A DNA stretch of 63,811 nucleotides, counting the filler, from Octopus bimaculoides (lineage: Eukaryota), in the NCBI RefSeq assembly GCF_001194135.2. It is 6 parts of 6 records of this genome, joined end to end, with 100 filler letters (N's around TTAATTAATTAA, not from the genome) between each part and the next. Parts side by side here need not be neighbours in the genome. Positions count along the whole stretch, not along the records: positions 1 to 16,124 come from NC_068997.1; 5 more parts are not named here. The stretch is one strand, 5' to 3'. Under the pieces are notes generated by a model. It had not been told where the DNA came from and made no database searches. It was given only the letters and a program-made list of their open reading frames with translations. A program made the position numbers and the translations under genes. How positions within the stretch are numbered: position 1 is the first letter of the stretch; each line of letters starts with the position of its first letter. This document shows positions 1-14,199 of the stretch, piece after piece.

Positions 1-578
1 AATGTTTATAAGGAGAATTCAATAGTTGACAGGATATGAAATGTGGATCCTTAACTGTATCCTTGAAAAGACCAGTCGGAGTATCAACACTTAATTCTTG
101 AAGTTGGACCTCCTCCATTTAATCATTGGAAAATTTACCTTCCATGTGGATGCTTAAACATTTCCTTATTCACCTTTGCGCGGGGATTTACACTTTCATT
201 TTTTAATATATCGTTAATACCTTTCAACAAGGCTCATAACCTGTAAGTAGGACGATGTCTTCAATATATACCTTTCAAGATAGTTATCTATTTTTATACA
301 TCGATATAGTTCTTCTACCCATATATGTTTATTTTTATATATTTATGCATCTTTTTTCTTTAATATTTTTCAATAATTTTGATGAGTAATACATTAAATG
401 TATCTTAATAACTTGCATACACCGGTTACATGGCTTTGTATATGTGACTGAATAATTGTTGAACCTGCCTAAATTCTTCTTTTAACTATAATATATGAAC
501 CTAACACCTGAGGTTTCTTACCTGAGCACTTCACAGCACTGCCTAAATAATAAACAAAAATATAACTATATATTTATA

Positions 579-610
<32 letters not shown>

Positions 611-1403
611 NNNNNNNNNNNNNNNNNNNNNNNNNNNNNNNNNNNNNNNNNNNNNNNNNNNNNNNNNNNNNNNNNNNNNNNNNNNNNNNNNNNNNNNNNN
701 NNNNNNNNNNNNNNNNNNNNNNNNNNNNNNNNNNNNNNNNNNNNNNNNNNNNNNNNNNNNNNNNNNNNNNNNNNNNNNNNNNNNNNNNNNNNNNNNNNNN
801 NNNNNNNNNNNNNNNNNNNNNNNNNNNNNNNNNNNNNNNNNNNNNNNNNNNNNNNNNNNNNNNNNNNNNNNNNNNNNNNNNNNNNNNNNNNNNNNNNNNN
901 NNNNNNNNNNNNNNNNNNNNNNNNNNNNNNNNNNNNNNNNNNNNNNNNNNNNNNNNNNNNNNNNNNNNNNNNNNNNNNNNNNNNNNNNNNNNNNNNNNNN
1001 NNNNNNNNNNNNNNNNNNNNNNNNNNNNNNNNNNNNNNNNNNNNNNNNNNNNNNNNNNNNNNNNNNNNNNNNNNNNNNNNNNNNNNNNNNNNNNNNNNNN
1101 NNNNNNNNNNNNNNNNNNNNNNNNNNNNNNNNNNNNNNNNNNNNNNNNNNNNNNNNNNNNNNNNNNNNNNNNNNNNNNNNNNNNNNNNNNNNNNNNNNNN
1201 NNNNNNNNNNNNNNNNNNNNNNNNNNNNNNNNNNNNNNNNNNNNNNNNNNNNNNNNNNNNNNNNNNNNNNNNNNNNNNNNNNNNNNNNNNNNNNNNNNNN
1301 NNNNNNNNNNNNNNNNNNNNNNNNNNNNNNNNNNNNNNNNNNNNNNNNNNNNNNNNNNNNNNNNNNNNNNNNNNNNNNNNNNNNNNNNNNNNNNNNNNNN
1401 NNN

Positions 1404-1444
<41 letters not shown>

Positions 1445-1986
1445 TCAGTTTAAAATATTAGTGAAATCGTTTTAGACAGAAACATGATACCTACACACTT
1501 TTTATTGCATACGTGCAATACAACACAAACACAAACACTCACACGCGCACACACATGCATATACTCACAAACATTCACCCCCATATGCTGCAGATACCAT
1601 ATCCTCTCCTCTTTTTCGCTCTATGTTGGCATCTGAGGGAAATATTGCTACAATATTTGCCGAAATTATCTGACGTGTCGTAAAACTCACTTCATATACA
1701 CTTGTGCGTTGTATGTCCGCCATTACACGTTTTAAAATACGCCTTACAGAAAGTCACCACGTGTTGCAAGGGTTTATGGGTAAATACAAGCGTATTCGAT
1801 TTACACATACGGAGATAAGAACATACACACACACACGCACACATATATATATCGACTGACACGAATGCATACCTGTGCATACCTCTCTCTCGCTCACTAC
1901 AAATACAAACACACACACGTATACATCTATATATCCACACACACACACATACACACACACGCACATATATATAAATAAATAAATAA

Positions 1987-1989
<3 letters not shown>

Positions 1990-2019
<30 letters not shown>

Positions 2020-2078
2020 TATATATACTTATCCATCTCTCACTCTCTCTAGCTCTTTCTCTAGCTCTCTTTCCCTAG

Positions 2079-2146
<68 letters not shown>

Positions 2147-2227
2147 GGATATGAATGTGTATATAAATATATATATGTGCATGTATATGTATATATACAT
2201 ATATGCATATATATACATATACATACA

Positions 2228-2261
<34 letters not shown>

Positions 2262-2290
2262 CATACATATATACATACATATATACATAT
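1990..2290. repeat. Compound microsatellite (TA)n/(CT)n/(TACA)n; similar degenerate blocks at 2580-2870 and 3020-3210
   Basis: Direct reading; the source of the IY/HT/CV low-complexity ORFs. Confidence 0.95.
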
Positions 2291-3042
2291 GGTTGTGCGT
2301 ATAACTAAAATTATCTACTCAATCGATAGTAACCTATATTCATCATAGTCATGAATAATCGGGAAAAAGTTTCTAATCTCCAGGAACGGATGAGATTAGC
2401 AGCAAATCAATATGGTCCTGTTGTTTTGCATAACAAGAGATGCACTTATGTATGCAGCAATGAGATTTGTTTGCATGCAATGTCTTTTATGGAAGATAAT
2501 TACTTTTATGTCGAGCGCAAGACAAATGAGGTTCGTTCGTATTGTCTACCACAATGTCTGTGAGAAAGGTTATTCCTAAGAACGTATATGTGCATATATA
2601 CATATGTATATATGCACATATATATGTCTATATATGTATGTCTATATATACATTGTGTATATATGCATATATGTGTGTGTATGTATATATGAGTATATAA
2701 ACATACACACATACACACACACATATATATATTGATATAAGTATATATATATGATGGCATGCAGATATGTATGTATATATATGAAAGCATGTATATATAT
2801 ATGTGTGTGTGTGTCTGTACGTGTGTGTGCGTGTGTGTGTGTTTGTATGTGGGTGTATTTGTGCTAGCGTGTGTCATTATACATATGACTACGTAAGCAC
2901 CATCACATGCATACACGCACGGATACTACGACACGATCGCACGAAGGCAAATCTGTGTGAGTCAAATATATATGAGGGTCTAGTTGTTGTTGCTTGTATG
3001 AACGTACATATGTATATTAGTAAATACATGCACACACACACA

Positions 3043-3089
<47 letters not shown>

Positions 3090-3178
3090 GTGTGTATGTT
3101 TGTATATATGCACACACGTAAACACAGAAAATATATAACAATATATGATAACAATATATACAGAGTGTGAAATAAACC

Positions 3179-3211
<33 letters not shown>

Positions 3212-3730
3212 TTATACGTATACAGACATGGAACTACACAGCAGTGCATCTAACTGTGCCTATATATGCGTTATGTATGGCGGATGTACAAAAATACAAG
3301 TAGATATCATAAACATAAAGGGCAAGCCTGCACGCAGCGCAAACGTTTTCTTACATCGAGTACTCGATTAGAACCCCCTTTCAAATGCGATATACCAAGT
3401 TTTATGGTAAGAGCCATGCTGTTTACAAAGCCTGTTCATAAAAATACACACGTGTATTCTACTTTTGCAAGCACCTACATTTACTAATATCGTCCTGCAA
3501 TGTAACTTGCGGGTATTTATGCATACGGCATGCTGAATGAGTTGTTTTCTTGTGTCTCATAACGATTCAAACAAAGAAATAGTATTTTGCACTTGTAAGC
3601 AGAACAACATTAATATGAAACAGACACAAAGGTGACACGGTGACTGGACCTGTTGAATTGCCTTACATATCTTTCAAGTTGTTTCTTACAGGAGAATATT
3701 CATTTGCACATACACACACAAACACGCACA

Positions 3731-3774
<44 letters not shown>

Positions 3775-4273
3775 ATGACAATAGAGGATAGAATTATTAA
3801 AAATTTTATCGGGAGGCCAGCGCGAAAATAAAAACCTTATAGGTAAGTTTTACAAATATTATAATAATCATATACTTAATTATAATAAGCGATTGTCATA
3901 ATAGTTCTCCAGGCTCTGCAAACAGACACCAAATGATACCAACACGACCTTAAAAATTTCCAAATATCACAGGCTTTAGTCGAGCAGAAAGAAGATAAGG
4001 AACACGTTCAACCAAAGGTTCAATTTATCATTTTTCTTTGGCTCGACTACAGTCTACGTTTTTGTTTCTTTTTGAGATTTTAAGGTGGAGGTAGCGTCAC
4101 TTGGTGTCTATTTTCAGCGCATGGAGAGTCATAATGGCAATCCCTTGTTATAATTAACTATATAATATATATATATATANNNNNNNNNNNNNNNNNNNNN
4201 NNNNNNNNNNNNNNNNNNNNNNNNNNNNNNNNNNNNNNNNNNNNNNNNNNNNNNNNNNNNNNNNNNNNNNNNN

Positions 4274-4305
<32 letters not shown>

Positions 4306-4312
4306 TATTATA

Positions 4313-4570
4313 CGATGGGTTTCTTTCAGTTTCCGCTGACGAAATCTACTCACAAGTCTTTGGTCCGCCTGAGGCTACAGTATAAAGCACTGGTTCAAGG
4401 ATCCACATACTGGAATTGAACCGAAAAGCATGCGACTGGGATGCACGCTTATCACTACATGGCAGGCATAGCTTTGTCGCTAAGAATCTTGCATTTAAAA
4501 CCCGTGGTTCTGAGTTCAGTCTCACTGCGTAGTACATAAGGCAATTCCATTTTTCTATATCTTTGTGCCC
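4313..4570. mobile_element. Two SINE family A heads back to back (4313-4462 minus, 4463-4570 plus)
   Basis: tttctttcagtttccg... head on the minus strand, then ggttctgagttcagtctcactgcgt B-box-like region on the plus strand. Confidence 0.5.
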
Positions 4571-6129
4571 ACCTATGAATTCTAAAGGAATTTGGTGGAT
4601 ATTTTATTATCAATAAGAAGCCAAAATATCAGCTAATAGCTGGGCCAAAGCTATTTGTCTGGCTACGAAACATCTATATTAATTAATTTTAATGAACTAA
4701 ATGTAGGTAACAAGGCCGTTTACATTAGACCCCTTAGAGCCCATAACACATATCTGTAAGCCTAGAAAGGGATTAATTATATAAAAATGTTGGTAATTAT
4801 ATCGGATAAGGGGAATTATCGCGTCGTTGCTTTTAGTTTCTAAATATAGATATCGGATATTATAACTGAGAGACAATTGAAATTGTCTGTGCTAATAAGA
4901 CAGGGAAAATACCGCAAGAGGTGTCGGGTAAAATAACTATAAATGACACCAAATGCGCGTTTCTCTCACCAATGTCACTGTTTCCAGGTTTTTCCGAAAC
5001 GGAGCAGATCCAGTGAAATCGATCGTAACGACCAAAATCGCTACAACATTGCAGATTCCTGCAGATGTTCGTTGCGATTCAGTTACGTACTAAATGATGA
5101 TTATAATAAATATAAATGCAGTAATTGCAACAACGTTCATCAAAATGGCAGTAAGCAAAGCAAAAGATAAATTAATATGTAATTTAAATTTTACTCAACA
5201 GATACACAAGCTGTTGCTTTTGATTCATCAATAGTAATTTTTAATTCGTTTGATGTTTAAGAAAGTGATGCAGCTGCTACAGTCATTATAACTGAAAGGA
5301 GACAAATAAGGAACAAAGTTTAACTGAATTGTAACTAACAGATAGATCCAAGATAAACGAAAGATAAAATCGACATTAGGCAACAGTCTGAGTTATAACC
5401 AAAGGACACTATGTTTTCGACATGTCTCAGTCTTTGTAAATCGTCTGTAAATTATATATATATATACATATATATACATACATATATACATACATGCATA
5501 TATATATATATNNNNNNNNNNNNNNNNNNNNNNNNNNNNNNNNNNNNNNNNNNNNNNNNNNNNNNNNNNNNNNNNNNNNNNNNNNNNNNNNNNNNNNNNN
5601 NNNNNNNNNNNNNNNNNNNNNNNNNNNNNNNNNNNNNNNNNNNNNNNNNNNNNNNNNNNNNNNNNNNNNNNNNNNNNNNNNNNNNNNNNNNNNNNNNNNN
5701 NNNNNNNNNNNNNNNNNNNNNNNNNNNNNNNNNNNNNNNNNNNNNNNNNNNNNNNNNNNNNNNNNNNNNNNNNNNNNNNNNNNNNNNNNNNNNNNNNNNN
5801 NNNNNNNNNNNNNNNNNNNNNNNNNNNNNNNNNNNNNNNNNNNNNNNNNNNNNNNNNNNNNTATATATATATATATACATGTATTATATATATATATATA
5901 TATATACACAGCGACGCACAAAATATGTAAATTAGTATATCTATCTATGTATGCGTGACTTGGTACCTGTGTTTGTCGCCATCCCATAACTGCTTGATAA
6001 CCTGCGTTGGTGTGTGTATGTGTATGTAGCAACGCATTAGGAATGTACAGTAAGGATGAAGACGGGACCATGTCTGCAGAGAGCATACACAGATACGATA
6101 CACACTCACAAACACGCAAATATGTGCGT

Positions 6130-6204
<75 letters not shown>

Positions 6205-7344
6205 NNNNNNNNNNNNNNNNNNNNNNNNNNNNNNNNNNNNNNNNNNNNNNNNNNNNNNNNNNNNNNNNNNNNNNNNNNNNNNNNNNNNNNNNNNNNNNNN
6301 NNNNNNNNNNNNNNNNNNNNNNNNNNNNNNNNNNNNNNNNNNNNNNNNNNNNNNNNNNNNNNNNNNNNNNNNNNNNNNNNNNNNNNNNNNNNNNNNNNNN
6401 NNNNNNNNNNNNNNNNNNNNNNNNNNNNNNNNNNNNNNNNNNNNNNNNNNNNNNNNNNNNNNNNNNNNNNNNNNNNNNNNNNNNNNNNNNNNNNNNNNNN
6501 NNNNNNNNNNNNNNNNNNNNNNNNNNNNNNNNNNNNNNNNNNNNNNNNNNNNNNNNNNNNNNNNNNNNNNNNNNNNNNNNNNNNNNNNNNNNNNNNNNNN
6601 NNNNNNNNNNNNNNNNNNNNNNNNNNNNNNNNNNNNNNNNNNNNNNNNNNNNNNNNNNNNNNNNNNNNNNNNNNNNNNNNNNNNNNNNNNNNNNNNNNNN
6701 NNNNNNNNNNNNNNNNNNNNNNNNNNNNNNNNNNNNNNNNNNNNNNNNNNNNNNNNNNNNNNNNNNNNNNNNNNNNNNNNNNNNNNNNNNNNNNNNNNNN
6801 NNNNNNNNNNNNNNNNNNNNNNNNNNNNNNNNNNNNNNNNNNNNNNNNNNNNNNNNNNNNNNNNNNNNNNNNNNNNNNNNNNNNNNNNNNNNNNNNNNNN
6901 NNTATATATATATATATATATATATATTCATAAATTAATGCTCTGTTTCACATGTGTAATATTAATTTATTTCAGGTATGTTCCTAAATTGAAATCTTCT
7001 AGACAGCTGGAAGTTGCTTGTTTGCGTTTCTTTTTGTTTACTGAATATATTTTGTTTTAGTTTAAAACCGTGAAATACTTACCTTTACCAGTCAATGTAG
7101 CGTTTATAACATGTCTAAGTATTATAATTAGACATATTATCATAATAGTTGCAGTCATTTCTATACAATATGAATTGCTGAATATGAATATTGAATCACG
7201 TATTGAATATATAAATATGTACCTAGAAAATACATACATACCTACATACAAACATACATACATATACACAAACATATACACACACAGACACGCACAAATA
7301 CATGGACAAGCACATACAATTGTATATATTATTTTTTTTTTCTA

Positions 7345-7560
7345 TTTCTTTACATGCTTCAGTAAATTGACTGCAACCATGCTGGAGTACCACCTTATTC
7401 GAGCACACTGACCCCAGGACGTATTCTTTTGTAAGCCTGGTAGTTATTCTATCTGTCTCGTTTGCCGAACCGCTAAGTTACGAGGACTTAAACACACAAG
7501 CATCGGTTGTCAAGCGATGTTGAGTTGGGGGGGGGGCAAACACAGACACACAAACACACA
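7345..7560 (-). mobile_element. SINE family A, tail half
   Basis: tgactgcaaccatgctggag...gccgaaccgctaagttacg...catcggttgtcaagcgatg. Confidence 0.75.
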
Positions 7561-7737
7561 CATGAACAGAAATAAACACACACACACACACACACACACA
7601 CAAACCCACACACGCTAATATTTATAAAACACGTGACATACTAATAATAAACTGTAAATGTACAACCATCCAGATATATGAGTACCTTGTTATTTTTTCT
7701 AATATATAATACCTGTACATCACCTCTAAACCTTTCA

Positions 7738-7764
<27 letters not shown>

Positions 7765-7768
<4 letters not shown>

Positions 7769-7891
7769 AACATAATTAAGGGATCAGCAAATATTTGCTT
7801 CACCATATACCGAAGTTCAGAAATAGCTGCTATTTCTGAACTTCGGTAAATGGTGAAGCAAATATTTGCTGATCCCTTAATTATGTTTATA
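7765..7891. repeat. 127-bp near-perfect palindrome
   Basis: 63-bp arms around T7828 with one mismatch (catAtacc vs catTtacc), flanked by TA-rich runs. Confidence 0.95.
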
Positions 7892-8355
7892 AATATATAT
7901 GAGCTTTTAAATAAGTTCTCCACCAATAATGGTGCTTACATACCGATGGGCTTGGTAAAAATTATTAATTATTAATTGATTTATTAATTAATAAATTGAT
8001 AATCCTTTACCCTTTTAATTTGTATGTATATATATATATATATATATATATGATAATAATAATAATACAAAGAATATATACGCATGTATACACACATATA
8101 TGTACATACTTACACCTACATCTGTATATTGATGCATATCAGAGTACAGGACGTTAGAAAAATGAACTACAGACAACAGAACGAATTGTTATGTTTTCTA
8201 ATGTCTGAAGAATCAGAGGTTTTCCAGATATGCACACACACACACACACAAGAAAAAACTATCTGCAGAAGATAGAAGCTTATTCTTTTGAAAAACTCTG
8301 CTAGTTATTGCAAGAAGGAAGTATGTTACACTGAATTTTACAATACAAAGATTTA

Positions 8356-8573
8356 TTCTTTTCTACTTTAGGTACAATTCTCGAAATTTTGAGGGAGGGG
8401 GGCCAGGTGAATAGATCGATCCCGAGTACGTAAATGGTACTTCATTAATCGACAACAAAATGGATGAAAGACAAAGTCGACTTGGCGGAATTTGAACTCA
8501 AATCGTAAAGACAGACGAAATACCATTAAGCGTATCAGCCGGCGTGCTAACGTTTCTGCCAGCTCGCCGCCTT
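8356..8573 (-). mobile_element. tRNA-derived SINE family B
   Basis: Minus strand reads taaggcggcgagctggcagaaacgttagcacgccgg...gagttcaaattccgcc (B box)...gtcgactttgtctttcatcc. Confidence 0.8.
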
Positions 8574-11168
8574 ATGGCAATGATCTATTTACGTCAACAT
8601 GATACGGATCTCTTTGATAAAAATGAAATTTCTTAAAAATTGATGTAACCATTCGAAGAATTCCAATTGTTTCAATGCTGGAGCAATTCCTTTGCTGAAT
8701 TTCGGTGTAACCTCTCTGCATGTTTGTCTCGGACATTGTGGCATTTGAACCCAGAATACTAAGAGTCAGCAAAGTATCGCAAGGCATTCGATTACCATAG
8801 CTAGGTTTGCATTCAAAGTGCCGGGAGCCCGAATAAATAGCGCATAAATAAATGAATATATAAATTCTGTCGATGAATTAACGAGTTTACCAATTCACCG
8901 CGTACTGCTACGTGAATTTCTGTATGTAGAAAGAGAAAAGAAATAAATAGAAACATTTTTCTAATTAAAAAGACAAAAATAACTAGAGCAATGAGACTGA
9001 AAATACATCAAAATTGGTCTGGTTTGTTTCCCCCCCCCCAGCTTCTTAATAATAAAGCATTGTATGATCCAGGACAGGTTTTTGTCTGGTGTTTTACTAA
9101 ATAGCTGCGGCACTCCCAAATATTAACAATGTAACATTTGTTTCATTGTCACACCTTATGAAAAGAAAAAAGATATATATAAATTACCCTATACAGTTTT
9201 ATTAGTTTAAGCTTTTCTTCTGCATAGCGTTTTTATGGGCTTTTATTTTCTTTTGTGCAATTTTTGCTTTTCCATTAAATTTCAATGTTTAAGACAATCT
9301 GGCGTGAGTTAGTATAAATTTGGAAGTTTGTATTAAGATTTTGAAAATGAACTCATGATTATTCATTCAACACATTTCTATGCATTTCTTAATTTCCAAA
9401 AAATATATACTATCAGTGAACAAAATATGTCAATGTCTTTTTTTTAAATATGACTTGAAAATCTCGTGAAAATGGACACTAACTATACTAGAGTTGTAAT
9501 TTTGGAACAGGCGCATGTCTATCCTAATAGATGAGACTTATAATCAATTGTATTCCAGTCTAGCCATCTCAGAACTGTCGTACTTAAGATTACGATACAA
9601 AATGTTACTTACATTGACTTACCATTTTAGGGCGCCTTAAATAAACAAATAAGTGAATGCCTGATATGAAACTAACGCATACGTCTCTACTGTTAGCGGT
9701 GAAGTCATCAGTATGCCACTACAGAAAGTTCAAGATGTTGTCAATGCCACATCACGAATAAACAGCTCCTAAAAATAATTACCATAATCCATTTCACATA
9801 TTTCCACGTCGTGCTTGTCTGTGGGCTCTTATTTCTATATTCCTTTCTAAGGATAAATGCTATGATTTGAGGGAGAATTTGGTACCAGCTGTGCCAATCT
9901 TACTGATTATTGGTTTGCTTTTTATGAGGCCTTTTTGACTTATAGATCGTTCGCAAAGACACTAATCTTTGGTGTAGAGGTATTTAGCTGTTATATCTAG
10001 CTATTGCCTCATCTACATTAAAACATTATGTTGATATTACCGTTTAAGTATGTTTCTGTGTACGACTGCCCAGATGATAGAATTCAACTTGGTCACAGAT
10101 TTAGTCCAACAGACTTGGCGAGAAGGTACTCACACGGCTCCGGTTTACCAGATCTCACCCACAACGTTTTAGTTGAACGGTAGCTATGGCAAAAAGATAC
10201 TTCCTTCGTATGCAGAGTCGTGGAACCAAAACTGAAATAATCTGGTTATGACTTTGTTATTCATAGCTGCACCAAAATCTCTGTGGGTGAACAAGTGAAA
10301 CAATTACAAGCCGCAAGGGAAACCTGCTAAAAATCTGTTAGTGACGTGGAAATTCAGACATGGGTAACAAAGGTTTCCCCTAATAACATTCACATGCATC
10401 TAAAATGTCACTCAGTACATGTTTCCTCAAGTGGAGAATGGAGAATCATACATAAAGATTAAAAATGATTCCTAACGCTAATATCTAAAATATTAACAAT
10501 ATGTAACAGTTATATTTCACACTAAAATCTTGTTCACATAATCTGTCCATTAGCTTCATCGTGTCGTTGGTTGTAACTTGTGCTGTAGCATATGTACCGA
10601 CATTCTAGTTTTCAGTTCGACATCCTCTTTTCGATGTGAAACACTGCAGACTGATTTGTCTTTCATTCTTCCTGTCTCAAGAAAATATAGTGCAATTCAT
10701 ATATGTAACTATATATATGTGTGTGCATGTGTGTGAGTGTGTGCGTGCGTGTATCTATAGATGTATATGGTATATANNNNNNNNNNNNNNNNNNNNNNNN
10801 NNNNNNNNNNNNNNNNNNNNNNNNNNNNNNNNNNNNNNNNNNNNNNNNNNNNNNNNNNNNNNNNNNNNNNNNNNNNNNNNNNNNNNNNNNNNNNNNNNNN
10901 NNNNNNNNNNNNNNNNNNNNNNNNNNNNNNNNNNNNNNNNNNNNNNNNNNNNNNNNNNNNNNNNNNNNNNNNNNNNNNNNNNNNNNNNNNNNNNNNNNNN
11001 NNNNNNNNNNNNNNNNNNNNNNNNNNNNNNNNNNNNNNNNNNNNNNNNNNNNNNNNNNNNNNNNNNNNNNNNNNNNNNNNNNNNNNNNNNNNNNNNNNNN
11101 NNNNNNNNNNNNNNNNNNNNNNNNNNNNNNNNNNNNNNNNNNNNNNATATATATATATATATATATAT

Positions 11169-11378
11169 ATACCAGAGTAAGCACATGAATGCGAAACGAG
11201 GCGGAAAAAATACTACTCGAATACCAGAGGTAGAGTTATATGCTTTATTAAAAAAGCAGCAAAATTGTCACAAAAACTGTTACTCAGAGTTTCACGTTAG
11301 CGTTCGTCCGATGAACGGGAACGTGAAACTCTGTGTAACAGCTTTTGTGATATTTTTGCTGCTTTTTAATAATAAAGC
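11169..11378. mobile_element. Penelope-type pseudo-LTR end in inverted (hairpin) configuration inserted in (TA)n
   Basis: Inverted arms of about 57 bp (11242-11298 and 11320-11378), a direct ATACCAGAG repeat (11169 and 11221), and a hammerhead-like core at 11308-11341. Confidence 0.55.
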
Positions 11379-11496
11379 TTAGCCTAATAAAATTGTATAG
11401 GGTAATTATACATATATTTTTCTTTTCATAAGGTGTGACAATGAAACTACTATCAACGGGTAAGAGACATACCTTGTTAATATTTTTATATATAAC

Positions 11497-11850
11497 TTAT
11501 AGATGGGGATGGATGGAGAATAGGGAGTGTGAAGTATTGAAATTACGCATTAAAATATTAATGAACTTAAGAAAAACTAGAGCTTTGTGCGTCCAGTGTC
11601 TGTCCGTTGAAATTTGTTCATAGTATTTACTTAGTTGTGAGGAAGTAGGATGTAACATTATAAACCATTCTAAGGTGCATTGTTTGCAAGGATTTTTCTT
11701 GTTATAGGAGTAATTCTTCACGCGTGAAATAATGTTCAATTTAAATTTTGTTAAAATCTGTAGGGACCTTATATAAGGAGATAAAGAGATTGAGGGGTAC
11801 CTGTACTTGTATTTCTGTCGGCTTGGTTTAGTACATTTGTGTATACAGTG
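11497..11850 (-). mobile_element. Penelope-like element, degenerate GIY-YIG C-terminal region
   Basis: IISRVKNYSYNKKNPCKQCTLEW...QLSKYYEQISTDRH..K follows the PLE pattern W.I..K...Y....C.LC..EK....LLNKR.E.IS.CRH..K. It lies next to an inverted pLTR-like hairpin. Confidence 0.5.
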
Positions 11851-13454
11851 TAAAATAGTGCTTGAGTCTGTTTACTTTAAAATGTATATTAGCTAGTTAA
11901 TAAATAGTGTTCGATAATATGTTCGAAATTAAAAGCAGATACTGCGTTTGTTTCAATGTGGCAAACTTGCCTAGCGGTTGTGCTCTAATTAAACAATGCA
12001 TGGCAAAATTATAAATACCTAAACCATGGTTTATGAAGTACAAATACTTATACACTTGATCATTTCGCTGAATATACACATAAGGAACTGGAAGAAAAAG
12101 TAGGTCGTGTATGTTCATAATTGCTGTCTCATGAAGTTCATTACTTTTAACGCAGTACAGATTAACTTCATAATCATGATGTGTTACATTTTAGCGGTAC
12201 ATTTATACTCCTTAAGTCAGGCATTCACTGGCGGTTTGAGGACTGAGTTTGTTTAAATATACAGTTCCTCTCAAATAAATCAAAGAGAATAAAAGAAAAA
12301 AAAACCCATTGATGAGTAGAAAAAAAAAAACACACACATACACACACACACTTATACAAACACACACTTATACAAACACACTCACACATAAATGTATTTA
12401 ACATATACATCTAAAACTCCTCTTTGTGAAAACCAGAATTAATGGTTACATATCAAGTTTTGACTTGGACATTGATTTCTTGTTACTGATTTCTGGGATA
12501 GTTGAGATTATTAGAGCTTGGTATTCTTATAATATATTTTTGTGTAACAAACGATTTGAGTATAGCATTTTATTAAAAAAAGATGAAATTGAAGTGGAAT
12601 TACCTAACGAACGAAATGTTCCCATCAGCTGTTTGGAAAAATTACCGAAAATATATTGCCAATAGACGAGTGCATGATATAAACACAAGCGTGTTAATAG
12701 AAAAATCCTGATGATTATTTCAGAATTAGGAATATCTTAGATAAGCCTATATTGTATATTCCTGCTCAAATTATTTATATTTGGACGTCCCGAATAATCC
12801 ATTTTGTGGGATCGTATTCCATTATACTATCCCTTCGTTTTCACACAAAATAAGATACATATGTGAAATTAGCTTTGTTTGCAGACAGATTTCTATTGCC
12901 CTATAGTTTTATCCCATGCTGAACCTGTTGTCTCAATGACCAACTAAATTACATTCACATCCATCAGCATTTGTATTACTTCCCTATATATCATCCACTT
13001 TGAAAGGCAGGATCATTTAGTTGGGTATTTCTGAATGATTCTTAAATTGTAGACAAGAATTTGGTGTAGGGAATAACAGTGTTTACTTAAGCTGTGAGAT
13101 CTAAGAAACGATGCTATTAAGAAAAGTACGGATAGTCACAAAGCTGCCGTTGTTAAAATGTTTGTGGTATTTGTTTGGCAAGGAGATGTTTATATTGCAA
13201 GGAATAGCAAATTGCTAGCTATGTTGGAGATTACGTTCTGAATGTAGATCTAGGTCTAACAAATTGTGTTTCTCTTCATCTCATTGGTATTTTGCGTGGG
13301 TGGCGATGATTCTGAGACGCACGTTTCTCACCGAAGTCACATCTTAGTGGCAATTCTTATGAAAGAAGGGAAAATGAAAGCATCCACCAGATGACAAGTT
13401 GTGAATTCCCATGTATGTATGTGTGTATGTCACATACACACAGCCATTCAGGGA

Positions 13455-13490
13455 GAGAGAGAGAGCGAGAGAGAGAGAGAGAGTGAGAGA

Positions 13491-13560
<70 letters not shown>
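13455..13560. repeat. (GA)n microsatellite; another at 47938-48020
   Basis: Direct reading. Confidence 0.95.
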
Positions 13561-13563
<3 letters not shown>

Positions 13564-14199
13564 CCATGTTTTCTGAGTTTTGCTCGCCAAAGACACAAAA
13601 TTCCATAACAAAAAGAGTTTAGATAGATATCAATGTATATACAATATAAGAAACATGAATTTTGAATCGGCATATTTATGGTGTTGGAAAAGAGATGTAT
13701 TCAAATCATACGACGTGGAATAGAAGACAAATAAATTTCAATTGAATTTTATAAAGTCAGGAAACTAAGATCGAAAGCCCTTAGGTGTCAGTAATAGGTG
13801 AAAATTTCCCATAGTTTCCACGTTTTCTATTTGTGCTCAGAAAGCCGCCACCGTCAAGTGCCACAAAATCCAAAACGTTTAGAAAATTCGATACGATTTT
13901 ATATATATGTATGTATGTATATGTGTGTGTGTGTATGTGTGTATGTGTCAGCCATACTGGAGTACCACCTTGAAAAACGTTTAGACAAATGTATAGTCCC
14001 CGGTGCTTATTTTTAAAAGCCTGGTATCCATTTTATCTGTCTCCTTTAATGAACTGCTAGCTTAAAGGAACATAAAAGCATCAGCGCCGTTGTCAAAAGA
14101 TGGTTGGGAGAGAAACACAAACATTAAAATACACACACAAAGACACACACGCACGCACGCACGCACACACATCTTATTATAATGGGCGATATGTCCGTC

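Noticed and set aside
495-7060. Long ORFs in the track spanning N runs (for example 326, 328 and 334 aa), and similar ones at 10.6-11.4, 40.8-41.3, 50.8-51.4, 56.5-57.0 and 62.9-63.6 kb
   Set aside because: They are open only because N and (TA)n/(CA)n runs contain no stop codons; no coding signal.
8572-8860. Open frame of about 95 codons on the minus strand
   Set aside because: No recognisable motif, no convincing splice sites, and it ends at a SINE.
9612-9770. Two strong minus-strand GTAAGT donors 10 bp apart with upstream acceptors
   Set aside because: The long candidate exon has stops in all three phases and the short one does not resemble laminin. No support beyond splice motifs.
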